Source: a virus. From it: a DNA stretch of 53,689 bases. The position numbers and the translations under genes were made by a program. This document shows positions 27,021 to 35,572 of this stretch, in pieces (position 1 is the stretch's first letter; the number at the start of each line of letters is the position of its first letter). Location: IMG/VR virus record IMGVR_UViG_3300037313_001510. One strand, given 5' to 3'. Below the pieces are notes generated by a model. The model worked only from the letters and a program-made list of their open reading frames with translations, was not told where the DNA came from and ran no database searches.

Positions 27021-29008
27021 GTCGGTCTCCGGATTGTTCTGACGATGCGGCGACCGGCGCGTGGCGGTGCGACAGGTGCGGGTGGCTTTTTCGGCGGTGG
27101 CGGCGGAGCGGGCAGGCCCTGCACCATCAGATCCTCAAGCTCGAATTGCTCGGCAGCCGGTGGCTGTTCGCGGTCGGCTTCATAGCGGTCCCACATCGCG
27201 TCGGGCATCGAGCGGACGCCGATCTTGATGGCGGCGGCCTCGGCCTGCAGATGCGTGTCGAGGCCTTCATTGGCCTGCGCCGGATCCTTCACCCATTCAT
27301 AAGCGATGAAGCCGGTCTTCAGCCGCTTGGCCCGCCGGCTCTCGGCGGTCAGCTGCTTGAAATATTCGTCGTCAAGGCCGCGCGGCAGGGCGACGAAGCC
27401 ACGCGCCAGCGGATCGTCCTTCACAAGATTGCGGTAGAGCCCCATTTTCAGGACCGACGTCGCGAAATTGTAGAAACGCCGGGAATAGGTGAGCAGCTTG
27501 CCGGAGCGGCTGCGTTCCTTCTTGACCCGGGCCAGCAGCGGCGCCGATTCCGACGCCAAGCCGCGCACCATGATCACCTTCGACGCCAGGTGCCGCTTTG
27601 CCCAGCCCCAGACGTCCTCGGTCCAGGCATTGCCGTCGATGGCCAGCAGGTCGATCCCGATACGGCGCCCATAGCCGTTGACGTACTCTTGCTTCACCAG
27701 GCCGTCGAGAAACGCCCAGCATTCCTTGGTCGAGATGTGACCCGGAAACACGCCGTAATCGACGACCGCGCGGCGGTAATCGCGCGCCCACGCCACCACC
27801 TGAAACTCAACCCTGTCGCCCTGGCAGTCGACGCCGACGGTGACGATCGGGAAGCCGACCGGGATCGTCTTGCGCGGATAGGGCGATTGCGATGCCCTGT
27901 CGCGCAAGGACTCCCAGGGCGGCGCTTCGCCCAGCGTTTTGTAGGCGCGGCCGATGACATCATTGAAGAACGTCTGTTCCGAAGCCGGATCGCCGCGGGC
28001 ATTCAGCCAGGAGCGCGCGATGCGCTCGAAGGATTGCAACAGCGAATAGGCCGACCACAGATGGAACGAGCGGTGGAAGCGCTTGGCCTTGGCGTTCTCG
28101 GCGCGCCAGACCTCGGTGCCGGCATCCTCCAGCGCCTTGGCCGCCTTGAACATCGCCGGACGGTGATGCTCCTCGATGACGCCACCGCACTCGCCACAGG
28201 AAAAGTGCGAATTCTCCGGCTGTTCCTCGTCTAGGTTGGCGAGGAAATTTTCCCACTCCAGCGTCTGCAGGTGGCCGCAGTGCGGGCACGGCAGCCAGAG
28301 CTTTTCCTGGCTGCCGTCCTCGAAATTCTTGGTGATGCGGCAACCGGGATCGACGAGCGGCGTCGACACTTTCAGGATCTTGGCGAACTCATGCGCCTGG
28401 CTGCGGCTGTCGGCCTGCGTCTCCGGATCGCCGGCGTTGTTCATTTCCCACTTGGCCAGGTCATCCTGCACCTGGCGCTTCATCGTCACTTGGGAGAGTG
28501 ACGCCGGCGAGTTGGCGCCGGAGATCTGGATGGCGCCGCGACCGTCGATGCGTTCCTTGTACAGCACCGAATCGGAGCCATCGCGGGCCTTCATCGGGAA
28601 CACGGCGCGCAGGGCCGTGGTGCCCTTTAGCATCGGCACAAGCTTCATCTTCGACCAGCGCTGCGCGTTGTTCTCGGTCGGATGGACGTAGAGGAAATCG
28701 CCGGGGTCCATCGCCAGCGAGCCGCCGGTGAAGATATTGGCGACGACAGTCTTGCCGATCTGCGCCGAGCCGAGCAGCGAGACGATGCGGCAGGGATCGT
28801 CGGGCGACAGTGCCCGCAGGATCTCGTCGAAGTAGTAGAACAGGCTCCGATTGTATGGGCCGGGCAGCGGGCTTTCGCGTTGGGTGAAGACGATGTTGTC
28901 CTCGGCCCAGCGGAGATAGTCGACCGGCGGCGGTGGCGTCATCACCTCGGCCAGCACCTCGGCAGCGATTCGCTCGGCGTTGGCGACGTGGACGAAGTGC
29001 GCGGTCAA
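27017..29008 (-). CDS. terL: Terminase large subunit, GpA family, 663 aa
   Basis: Walker A LLGSAQIGKT and a Cys cluster CPHCG ... CGECG typical of GpA terminases. Confidence 0.9.
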   Translation of the reverse strand: MTAHFVHVANAERIAAEVLAEVMTPPPPVDYLRWAEDNIVFTQRESPLPGPYNRSLFYYFDEILRALSPDDPCRIVSLLGSAQIGKTVVANIFTGGSLAMDPGDFLYVHPTENNAQRWSKMKLVPMLKGTTALRAVFPMKARDGSDSVLYKERIDGRGAIQISGANSPASLSQVTMKRQVQDDLAKWEMNNAGDPETQADSRSQAHEFAKILKVSTPLVDPGCRITKNFEDGSQEKLWLPCPHCGHLQTLEWENFLANLDEEQPENSHFSCGECGGVIEEHHRPAMFKAAKALEDAGTEVWRAENAKAKRFHRSFHLWSAYSLLQSFERIARSWLNARGDPASEQTFFNDVIGRAYKTLGEAPPWESLRDRASQSPYPRKTIPVGFPIVTVGVDCQGDRVEFQVVAWARDYRRAVVDYGVFPGHISTKECWAFLDGLVKQEYVNGYGRRIGIDLLAIDGNAWTEDVWGWAKRHLASKVIMVRGLASESAPLLARVKKERSRSGKLLTYSRRFYNFATSVLKMGLYRNLVKDDPLARGFVALPRGLDDEYFKQLTAESRRAKRLKTGFIAYEWVKDPAQANEGLDTHLQAEAAAIKIGVRSMPDAMWDRYEADREQPPAAEQFELEDLMVQGLPAPPPPPKKPPAPVAPPRAGRRIVRTIRRPT

Positions 29009-29655
29009 GCTGCGCTTTCCTCGATGATCGCCTCGACGAATTCCGGCAGGCCGGAGGCGCGGCGGCGGGCGCGATCGGCGGCGCCCGCTTTCTTTTCGGC
29101 GCGCACCTTGCGCAAGAGATGCAGCACGTCGCGCTGCGGCAGCTTGAACTCGGCGGCGACCGCCGAGGCGAAGTCGGCGAGCATGCCGGCGTTCTCGTCA
29201 TCGACCGCCTGCGCAAGCTTGGTCATCTGGGCGCGGACGTGGGCAGCGTCGACCAGGCGGCCGCGGCGGGCTGCCTCGTCCTCGGCCGCCAGTCGGTTGC
29301 GCCGACGCTCGGCCTCAAGGCGCTGCTGCTTGAGTTCGTCGTCGACGCTGGTCGACTTCAACGAGCGGTCAGTGTCATCGGGCTTGCCGACTCCAGCGGG
29401 GAGGAGACCACTGGCGTCGGCTGCCTCTTCCGGGTCAAGCGCGAGCCGGGTCGAGAGGCCATTGCCCAGCGCCTGGCCGATATCGCGCTTGCGGGCGATC
29501 TGTTCCTTCGCCTTGGCGACGATCACCTTGGCGTTGCGGCCCTGCCCGTCGAGGGCATCGGGGCCGATCATGCCGGCCGCTATGTACTGGCTGACCCGCC
29601 CAGGCGTCACGCCGATGTGCGCCGCGAAGTCGCCCTTCGACAGGGTCATCTGCAT
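29005..29655 (-). CDS. Terminase small subunit candidate, 216 aa
   Basis: N-terminal HTH (LSKGDFAAHIGVTPGRVSQYIAAG). ATGA-coupled to TerL. Confidence 0.6.
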   Translation of the reverse strand: MQMTLSKGDFAAHIGVTPGRVSQYIAAGMIGPDALDGQGRNAKVIVAKAKEQIARKRDIGQALGNGLSTRLALDPEEAADASGLLPAGVGKPDDTDRSLKSTSVDDELKQQRLEAERRRNRLAAEDEAARRGRLVDAAHVRAQMTKLAQAVDDENAGMLADFASAVAAEFKLPQRDVLHLLRKVRAEKKAGAADRARRRASGLPEFVEAIIEESAA

Positions 29656-29660
29656 GGTTG

Positions 29661-29701
29661 TTTAGGTGCTCTTTAGGCTGCTGTTTAGCCGCCAGTTTAG
29701 G
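29661..29701. repeat. Four phased GTTTAGG(C) repeats abutting the terS start (cosB / TerS-binding or bending-site candidate)
   Basis: TTTAGG at 29661, 29672 and 29696; TTTAGC at 29684. Spacing is 11, 12 and 12 bp. Confidence 0.6.
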
Positions 29702-29879
29702 CTGCGAAAAACACGTCAGACTGAACGAGGCCAGCGCAACGCCGCCCCGCATACGGTTTTTGGGCCGGAAGGACCCGTCGATTTGTGCTGCGCGACATAG
29801 GTGGCGCTGCATCGCACCATGGGTCCTACCCTGCGTCGCATCGACCATGATGATTACGTCGTTGAATCTTTTCCATTGC

Positions 29880-29913
29880 GGTGAGGCGATGAGCAACTCG
29901 CTCTCGCCTCACC
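29880..29913. promoter_or_regulatory. 10-bp perfect inverted repeat in the nusG-like to terS leader
   Basis: GGTGAGGCGA (29880-29889) pairs with TCGCCTCACC (29904-29913), extendable by GAGC/GCTC. No U-tract on either strand. Confidence 0.5.
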
Positions 29914-29986
29914 TGGGGCCGGGCAGCGCTTCCCTCGTCTCACGACGGGTGCGCACATCAACCGACTCATCCAATGGATGGAATCG

Positions 29987-30664
29987 CTATTCCGATTTCG
30001 CGATCTGCGCAAGATCGAGCGTCACCAACGCCTCGCGACCGAACAGCCAGGTCAGCACGCGCACGTGTCGGCTGCCGATATAGCCTTCGAGCACGCCGCG
30101 CATCAGGGCCAACGGTCCATCCTCAATGACGACATGATCGCCAGGTTCGATAGCGAGCTCAGCCTTGCGCCGACGCTTCGCATCGACGGTCTGGTCCAGC
30201 CATCCCTTGTCGATCAAGCCCTTGACCTTGTTGATCTCTTTGATCCCTATCGGGCACGGTCCACCCATGCCGCATACGGCGCCAGAGACGAAGTCGACGC
30301 CGCGCAGCCACGACCAAGTCTCGGCTATCGGGGCGACGAAGACGAACACATAACCCGGAAAGGCAGGCACTTCCTTGACGATGCGAGGCGCCTTGTAGCG
30401 CGCGACGCGCCGCGCCGCCTCGACCTTCTTGCACGGCGCCCATGCCTCGAAGCCCGCCTTGAGCACTGAGTTTTCCACAGCGTTTTCGCTGTTGGGCGCG
30501 ACCGTCAGGGCAAACCATTTGCGCTCAGGTTCATCGATCGCCCGTCGCAACAGTTCCGCCCTCACCCGATTCTTCTCGCGCTGAACATCGCCAGCACGTT
30601 CCGCCCTGCTAGTATCGATCTTCACCGAACCATCGTTAAGCCGCTTCACGTCCACCGCCATCAT
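29987..30664 (-). CDS. NusG/RfaH-family transcription elongation/antitermination factor paralogue
   Basis: NGN-like segment WFALTV...VPAFPGYVFVFV...WSWLRGVDFVSG and KOW-like segment IEPGDHVVIEDGPLALMRGVLE...VRVLTWLFGRE. Confidence 0.8.
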   Translation of the reverse strand: MMAVDVKRLNDGSVKIDTSRAERAGDVQREKNRVRAELLRRAIDEPERKWFALTVAPNSENAVENSVLKAGFEAWAPCKKVEAARRVARYKAPRIVKEVPAFPGYVFVFVAPIAETWSWLRGVDFVSGAVCGMGGPCPIGIKEINKVKGLIDKGWLDQTVDAKRRRKAELAIEPGDHVVIEDGPLALMRGVLEGYIGSRHVRVLTWLFGREALVTLDLAQIAKSE

Positions 30665-31856
30665 TGGTCTTGTCCTCGCTTGCCTTGACCGCCTGTTCGA
30701 ATGCATCCAGTCCGTCCGGTCCGCCGACCGGGAAATACACCACCGGCATCTGGCCGGGATCGGGCAACCACGGCCAACCGCGCTTCTCGTGCTCGGCGAG
30801 CCAGAGTTGCCATATCTCGCCGCGCACCGGCACGGGCTCCATCAGCGCCGCCAAGGCCTCGAGCTCCGGCGCGACCGTGATGCCGCGCCGGCTCTCCGCC
30901 GCCTCATGCATCCGGTTGACTGATGGCCAGCCATGCGCGGCCTGCCTGGTCAGCCGCGCCTGCCTGCCCTTGGCGTCGTCCTGCGCCAGCAAGGCCGCCA
31001 TGAAGCCCTTCGCCGGAGGCGCTTCAGCCGGCGGCGAGGTGAGCAGCATGCGCAGCCTGACCGCGCTCCAAACCGGACCGAAGGGCGGCGCAACGATCAC
31101 TGTCGGCTTTTCTTCAGCCGGCTCCGGCACGTCGCGCCAGAGCTTCTGTCCGAAATAGCTCGACGGTGCCGGGATGTGGGTTTTCTTCTGCGCCTTGAGC
31201 AGCGCCAGCCAATGCGGGAATAGCCTGATCGCCTCGACACGATCGACCGCGTCGAGGCCGAGCCACACCTTCAGCGCCGGTTCCTTCGGCATGCCGGCGA
31301 AGCCCGGCCAGTCCTTCAGCAGCGCCCAGCCGTCGCGCTCGATCTTTTTGCGATCCTCATCCCCGTCTCTCTCGCGCGCTTGCGCGCCCGGTTGAGAGGT
31401 TCCAAGGACGGTTCCATTGGACGGTTCTTCTATAGAGGGCTGCTGCTGGTTGCCGGTAGGACGGTGCCCATTGCCGGTAGGTTCGGCGTCTGGTTGCCGG
31501 TTGGTCCTACCGGCAATTTCTGCCGGTAGGACATCCGAATCCGCCTCGCCGCCGCGCAGCCGCTCTGCCCCGTCCAGCACCTTGGTACCGAGCTTGAGCA
31601 TGATCAGGTCGGTAGCCCGCGCGCCTTTGGCGCCGGTGCGGCGCGAGCGCTCGATCAGGCCCCAGTCCTCGAGCCTCTGCAGCCATTCGCGCGCCGTGCG
31701 TTCAGACACTTCGGCATCGGCGGCGAGCTGCTCCTGGCTTGGCCAGCACTGCGCCTTTTCCGGGTCGGCATAGTCGCCGAGGCACAGGATGATCGACTTC
31801 GCCGCCGGCGAGCCGAGCCGCTGTTCCTTCGCCCATGCTGAGGCTTTCCAGCTCAT
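30636..31856 (-). CDS. Replication initiator-like protein (N-terminal winged HTH), 406 aa
   Basis: N-terminus AKSIILCLGDYAD...SQEQLAADAEVSERTAREWLQRLEDWGLIER. An iteron cluster lies in the linker-coding region. Confidence 0.65.
   Translation of the reverse strand: MSWKASAWAKEQRLGSPAAKSIILCLGDYADPEKAQCWPSQEQLAADAEVSERTAREWLQRLEDWGLIERSRRTGAKGARATDLIMLKLGTKVLDGAERLRGGEADSDVLPAEIAGRTNRQPDAEPTGNGHRPTGNQQQPSIEEPSNGTVLGTSQPGAQARERDGDEDRKKIERDGWALLKDWPGFAGMPKEPALKVWLGLDAVDRVEAIRLFPHWLALLKAQKKTHIPAPSSYFGQKLWRDVPEPAEEKPTVIVAPPFGPVWSAVRLRMLLTSPPAEAPPAKGFMAALLAQDDAKGRQARLTRQAAHGWPSVNRMHEAAESRRGITVAPELEALAALMEPVPVRGEIWQLWLAEHEKRGWPWLPDPGQMPVVYFPVGGPDGLDAFEQAVKASEDKTNDGGGREAA
31448..31530. repeat. Iteron cluster, candidate origin of replication
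   Basis: TTGCCGGTAGG-type 11-mers at 31448, 31469, 31492 (variant) and 31518, plus an inverted copy at 31504-31514. An adjacent GGACGGTTC x2 lies at about 31406-31428. Confidence 0.7.
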
Positions 31857-32746
31857 ACGAACATCCCCACCTGCTCGTCGTATCGCTCACGCGTCTTAGC
31901 CGACCTGCGATAGTCGGCAAATGGCGTCTTTCGCCAGATCATCGGCGAGTTCGCCCAGCGAGCCACGTCGCGCAGGAGCTGCTCATTCCAGTCGAAACGT
32001 GGATGCGGCCGGCGCTCAAGGGAGTTTAGCTTCATGAACGGCTGGACGTGCGGTTCGCCGCCCCAGGCCATCACCTCGCCGATGCGCTGCATGCATGCTT
32101 CGAAGGGTTCGTTCCCGATCAGGACATAGACGCGTTTCTGTCGGGGCGACACACCGGCAAGCATGCGCATGACACGCTCGACAAACGGACGTTCCGCCAT
32201 GTCGTCATACGCAAACCGCCACGGACCTCGATTGATGGTCTTCCATCGCGCGTAGACGTCATCGTCGAACGTGCGTGGCTCGAATCCGCTGTTGGCATCG
32301 AGCAGAGGCACGCCGGCCGACATGTAGCGCGCCACGATGTGTTCCTGATAATCAGCGGGCAAGGCCGATAGGTTGTTGTCGCACAGCACAGGCCGAACCG
32401 GGAAATCCGGCAGCAGCGTGAACGCCTTGCCCTCCATCTTCGGCACGATGCAGAACCAGCAGCCGACCGGACAGCCACGGCTGGCGATCGTCGCCATCGG
32501 ATTGTGCCGTGCGACGACGTCGTCGATCGAACCACCGATTTCGGCCACATCGGCAAGGAAGTGCTTGCGCGTGAAGACGCCAGGGCCGCCAACCCGCACG
32601 TTCAGGCCATCAGCGCGATGCCAGCAGGCGCGCTGATAGGCGTCGTTAAGACGCCACGTGAAGGCCACTGAAATAAAGGCGGTGTCGCCTTCGATCCATT
32701 CGGCAATACCGCCCGACCAACGGCCAAGATCATAACCGTTGCTCAC
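31853..32746 (-). CDS. Radical-SAM-like enzyme, 297 aa
   Basis: CxxxCxxC cluster ASRGCPVGCWFCIVP (codons at 32450-32473), followed by VLCDNNLSAL, which resembles the DDNF motif of Elp3/B12-type radical SAM enzymes. Confidence 0.6.
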   Translation of the reverse strand: MSNGYDLGRWSGGIAEWIEGDTAFISVAFTWRLNDAYQRACWHRADGLNVRVGGPGVFTRKHFLADVAEIGGSIDDVVARHNPMATIASRGCPVGCWFCIVPKMEGKAFTLLPDFPVRPVLCDNNLSALPADYQEHIVARYMSAGVPLLDANSGFEPRTFDDDVYARWKTINRGPWRFAYDDMAERPFVERVMRMLAGVSPRQKRVYVLIGNEPFEACMQRIGEVMAWGGEPHVQPFMKLNSLERRPHPRFDWNEQLLRDVARWANSPMIWRKTPFADYRRSAKTRERYDEQVGMFV

Positions 32747-34686
32747 TCCGCCGCCTCCAGCACCAGCTCACGGCGCACGTTGCATTGTGCCAAAAGCTCG
32801 ATCATGCGCGGCGGCACGCTGTTGCCGACTAGGTGATATTTCTCCGTCTTGGTCAGCCGGCGCTTCCTGCCGTCGATCGTGATCTCGGCCGGCAACGCGC
32901 CAGGCCTGAAGCCATGCGCGGCCGCGCCCTCCTCCGGCTCCAGCATGCGGATGCCGATGTCGTCGATGTAGTGGCGCACGCCCTTGACGATCACCTCGAC
33001 GAGGCCGTAGCGCGCCTTGCCGGTCAGCGCGCCGAGCGGCTGGCGCACGTCGTCGTCCTGCTTGCCCGAGCCGAAATAGTGCTGCAGGAAGCCGAGGATC
33101 AGATGAGCATGGCTGCCGCCGGCCGCGATCGTCGCCAGCGGCTCCTCGATCGGCCGCCCATCCTGGTTGGTGCCATGCAGGTTGCCGAGCGTCGCCGCGA
33201 CGACGCCCTGCGTCGAGCCGAGCGTGACGATGGTCGACACAGGATCCTCGGCCGAGCGACCCGGCGCGCCGGTGTTATGCTGCGCCAGGAAGGCCGCCAC
33301 AAGCGCCGCCTTGCTGCCGCCGACCTGCGTGCCCGCCGGCTCCTCGAGGTCGAGCACGCGCGGCGCCTGCCCTTCCCGCTCGCCATAGCCGGTCTGGATC
33401 AGGCTGGCCGCCACCACCGCATGCCGCGGCGCGCCGGCCATGACCGTGTCGAGCGGCTCGGTCGGCATGGTGCCGACGCCGTTCTGGTTGAATTTCGTTA
33501 GATGCGCGGCGACCAGCAGCCGATCTTCCTTGCCCGTCGTCGTGCCGAGCGGCTCGGCGAGGTCGCGCGGTGCCGATTGTGCGGCACGCCCACCGGCGCC
33601 GACGATGGTCGCGCCAAGCACCGCCATCCCCGACGATGTGTGCAGCGTGTTGATCGGCTCTTCGGCCGAATTGACGCCGTTGCGCGCCGCCGCGCTCTGC
33701 TGGTCCGTGCGAATCAGGACCGGCGCCACCACGGCCATCTCGCCGCGATGCGCGGCGGTCAGCGTGCGCAGCGGTTCCGCCGCGTCGTGCACGCGGTCGT
33801 CGCCGGCATGGGTGATCGGCACGATGAACGGCTTTGCCGCGTCGACGACGTAGCGCATCACGCCGCGCGCCGTGCGCCGCAGCGTCGCCTCGGCCAGCGG
33901 CTTCTTGCGCCCGAAGATCGACTTCACCGGCAGCGACCAGTCGATGATCGTGTGCGCGCCGACCCACGGCTTCAGGCCGAGTCGCTTCGCCTCCTTACGC
34001 GGCGCATGCGTGCGCGCCGGCCACACGATCGACCGGCCATCCGCCTGGGCGATGCCGAAGAAGCGTTTCCTGATCGTCGGCACGCCATAGTCGGCGCAGA
34101 CCAGCACGCGGTGCTCGAAATTGTAGCCGAGGCCGCGCATATGCTTCAGCCAGGCGCGCCAGATCCGGCCCTTGTGGCGCGGGTCCGGGATCAGCCATTG
34201 CTCGGCGACCGGCACCCGCTCGCCCTTGGCCGCGACTGACCCGTCGAGCCGCAGCACGCGCCCGCTCGCCGGGTCGCGCTTGGCGATCAGCGGCCCCCAG
34301 GTGGTGATCTCCTGCACATTCTCCATGGTGATGGTCTCGGGCCGCACGGTGCCCGCCCAGCGGCAGATCACCCACGCCAGCGAGCGCCGCCGCTTCGACA
34401 CCGGCTTCGAGCCCTTGGCGACGGAGAAATGCGTGCAGTCGGGCGAGGCGTGCATCGCGCGTACGCCGCGCCCGGCAGTCACCTTGCGGGGATCGGCCTC
34501 GAACACGTCGCAGCGCAGGTGCCTGGTGTGCGGATGCCGCCTCTCGTGCACAGCGACCGCGACCGGATCGTGGTTGATGGCGACATGGACATGGAAGCCG
34601 GCATCCTCCAGCCCGTCGCAGCCACCGCCCATGCCGGCGAACAGCACGACCGTCATGCGATTGTCGAGCGAAAATGGTGCGTTCAT
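32743..34686 (-). CDS. DNA (cytosine-5) methyltransferase with about 8 tandem TRD-like modules, 647 aa
   Basis: Motif I LFAGMGGG, IV SPDCTHFS, VI ENV, VIII TIRKRFF, X GNSVPP. The variable region carries repeated E-P-x-x-T-(L/I/V) modules. Confidence 0.85.
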   Translation of the reverse strand: MNAPFSLDNRMTVVLFAGMGGGCDGLEDAGFHVHVAINHDPVAVAVHERRHPHTRHLRCDVFEADPRKVTAGRGVRAMHASPDCTHFSVAKGSKPVSKRRRSLAWVICRWAGTVRPETITMENVQEITTWGPLIAKRDPASGRVLRLDGSVAAKGERVPVAEQWLIPDPRHKGRIWRAWLKHMRGLGYNFEHRVLVCADYGVPTIRKRFFGIAQADGRSIVWPARTHAPRKEAKRLGLKPWVGAHTIIDWSLPVKSIFGRKKPLAEATLRRTARGVMRYVVDAAKPFIVPITHAGDDRVHDAAEPLRTLTAAHRGEMAVVAPVLIRTDQQSAAARNGVNSAEEPINTLHTSSGMAVLGATIVGAGGRAAQSAPRDLAEPLGTTTGKEDRLLVAAHLTKFNQNGVGTMPTEPLDTVMAGAPRHAVVAASLIQTGYGEREGQAPRVLDLEEPAGTQVGGSKAALVAAFLAQHNTGAPGRSAEDPVSTIVTLGSTQGVVAATLGNLHGTNQDGRPIEEPLATIAAGGSHAHLILGFLQHYFGSGKQDDDVRQPLGALTGKARYGLVEVIVKGVRHYIDDIGIRMLEPEEGAAAHGFRPGALPAEITIDGRKRRLTKTEKYHLVGNSVPPRMIELLAQCNVRRELVLEAAE

Positions 34687-35231
34687 CGTTCCGCCTTCAG
34701 CCATGCGCCAAAGCTCGCGCGCAGCGCTTTCCACGCGTGCGCCGCCCTGGCGTCTTCGTTGAGTTCCGCGCGCGAGGTCACCCCGAGGATCGAGCGCACC
34801 TTCTGCGCCGCGCGCTCATTGTTCAGCGGCGGCTCGAGCCCGTGCCGCTCCGCCAGGAATTGCTGGAAGCGCCGCTCCGCGCATTTGATCGCGCATTCGG
34901 CGGCGAAATCCTTCGGGTCGCGCACAGGCGCGTTACTTGCCTCGTCGAAGGCCTGGCCGGCCTTCAACTCGCGGATCGCGGCAAAGGCCTGGTCGAGCAG
35001 GGTGAGCAGGAAGCCGACATAGTCGGGCGCATCGGCCATGAAGATCACTTCCGCAACGCTCGCCGCATCGAACCGTGCCAGCACGAAGCGCTCGCCATTG
35101 CCGGCCTCGGCCTCGATCAGCGCGCCGTTCTCGTCATGCGCGCGCGTCCACCGTGCCGGCGCGATCGCCGCATAGGCCGTGCGGACCGCCTTGAGACGGG
35201 CAGCATCGGGCGAGCGCGCGGCGGCATTCAT
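34683..35231 (-). CDS. Hypothetical protein, 182 aa
   Basis: Start reset to MNAAARS. ATGA-coupled on both sides. Confidence 0.55.
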   Translation of the reverse strand: MNAAARSPDAARLKAVRTAYAAIAPARWTRAHDENGALIEAEAGNGERFVLARFDAASVAEVIFMADAPDYVGFLLTLLDQAFAAIRELKAGQAFDEASNAPVRDPKDFAAECAIKCAERRFQQFLAERHGLEPPLNNERAAQKVRSILGVTSRAELNEDARAAHAWKALRASFGAWLKAER

Positions 35232-35572
35232 GGCAACGCCTCGGCCTTGCCGTTGAACCATTCATAGAAGCGCGATGGTCCGCATGTGCAGCGCCAGCCG
35301 TTCTTGCGGAGCGTCGCGAGAAGACACTTGGCCTCGGCGCGGGGAAGCTCATATCGATTCCAGCACCAGTTGCCGAACCAGTCCTTGGAACCGACGATCT
35401 TGAAGTTTCGCCTGTCGATGCGAATGAAGCCAACACCCGTCGAAAAGGAAAAGCTCTGCCAGCCCGGCGACTCCAGTTCGATGTCGCCATAGGTCGCCAT
35501 CATGGCCTTGCCGGAAAACAGGCCGTTATCCGGATCGTTGCAGGCAAAATCAATGTAGGCTGTCCGCTTCAT
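35228..35572 (-). CDS. Hypothetical protein, 114 aa
   Basis: Start reset to MKRTAYIDF. ATGA-coupled. Confidence 0.55.
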   Translation of the reverse strand: MKRTAYIDFACNDPDNGLFSGKAMMATYGDIELESPGWQSFSFSTGVGFIRIDRRNFKIVGSKDWFGNWCWNRYELPRAEAKCLLATLRKNGWRCTCGPSRFYEWFNGKAEALP

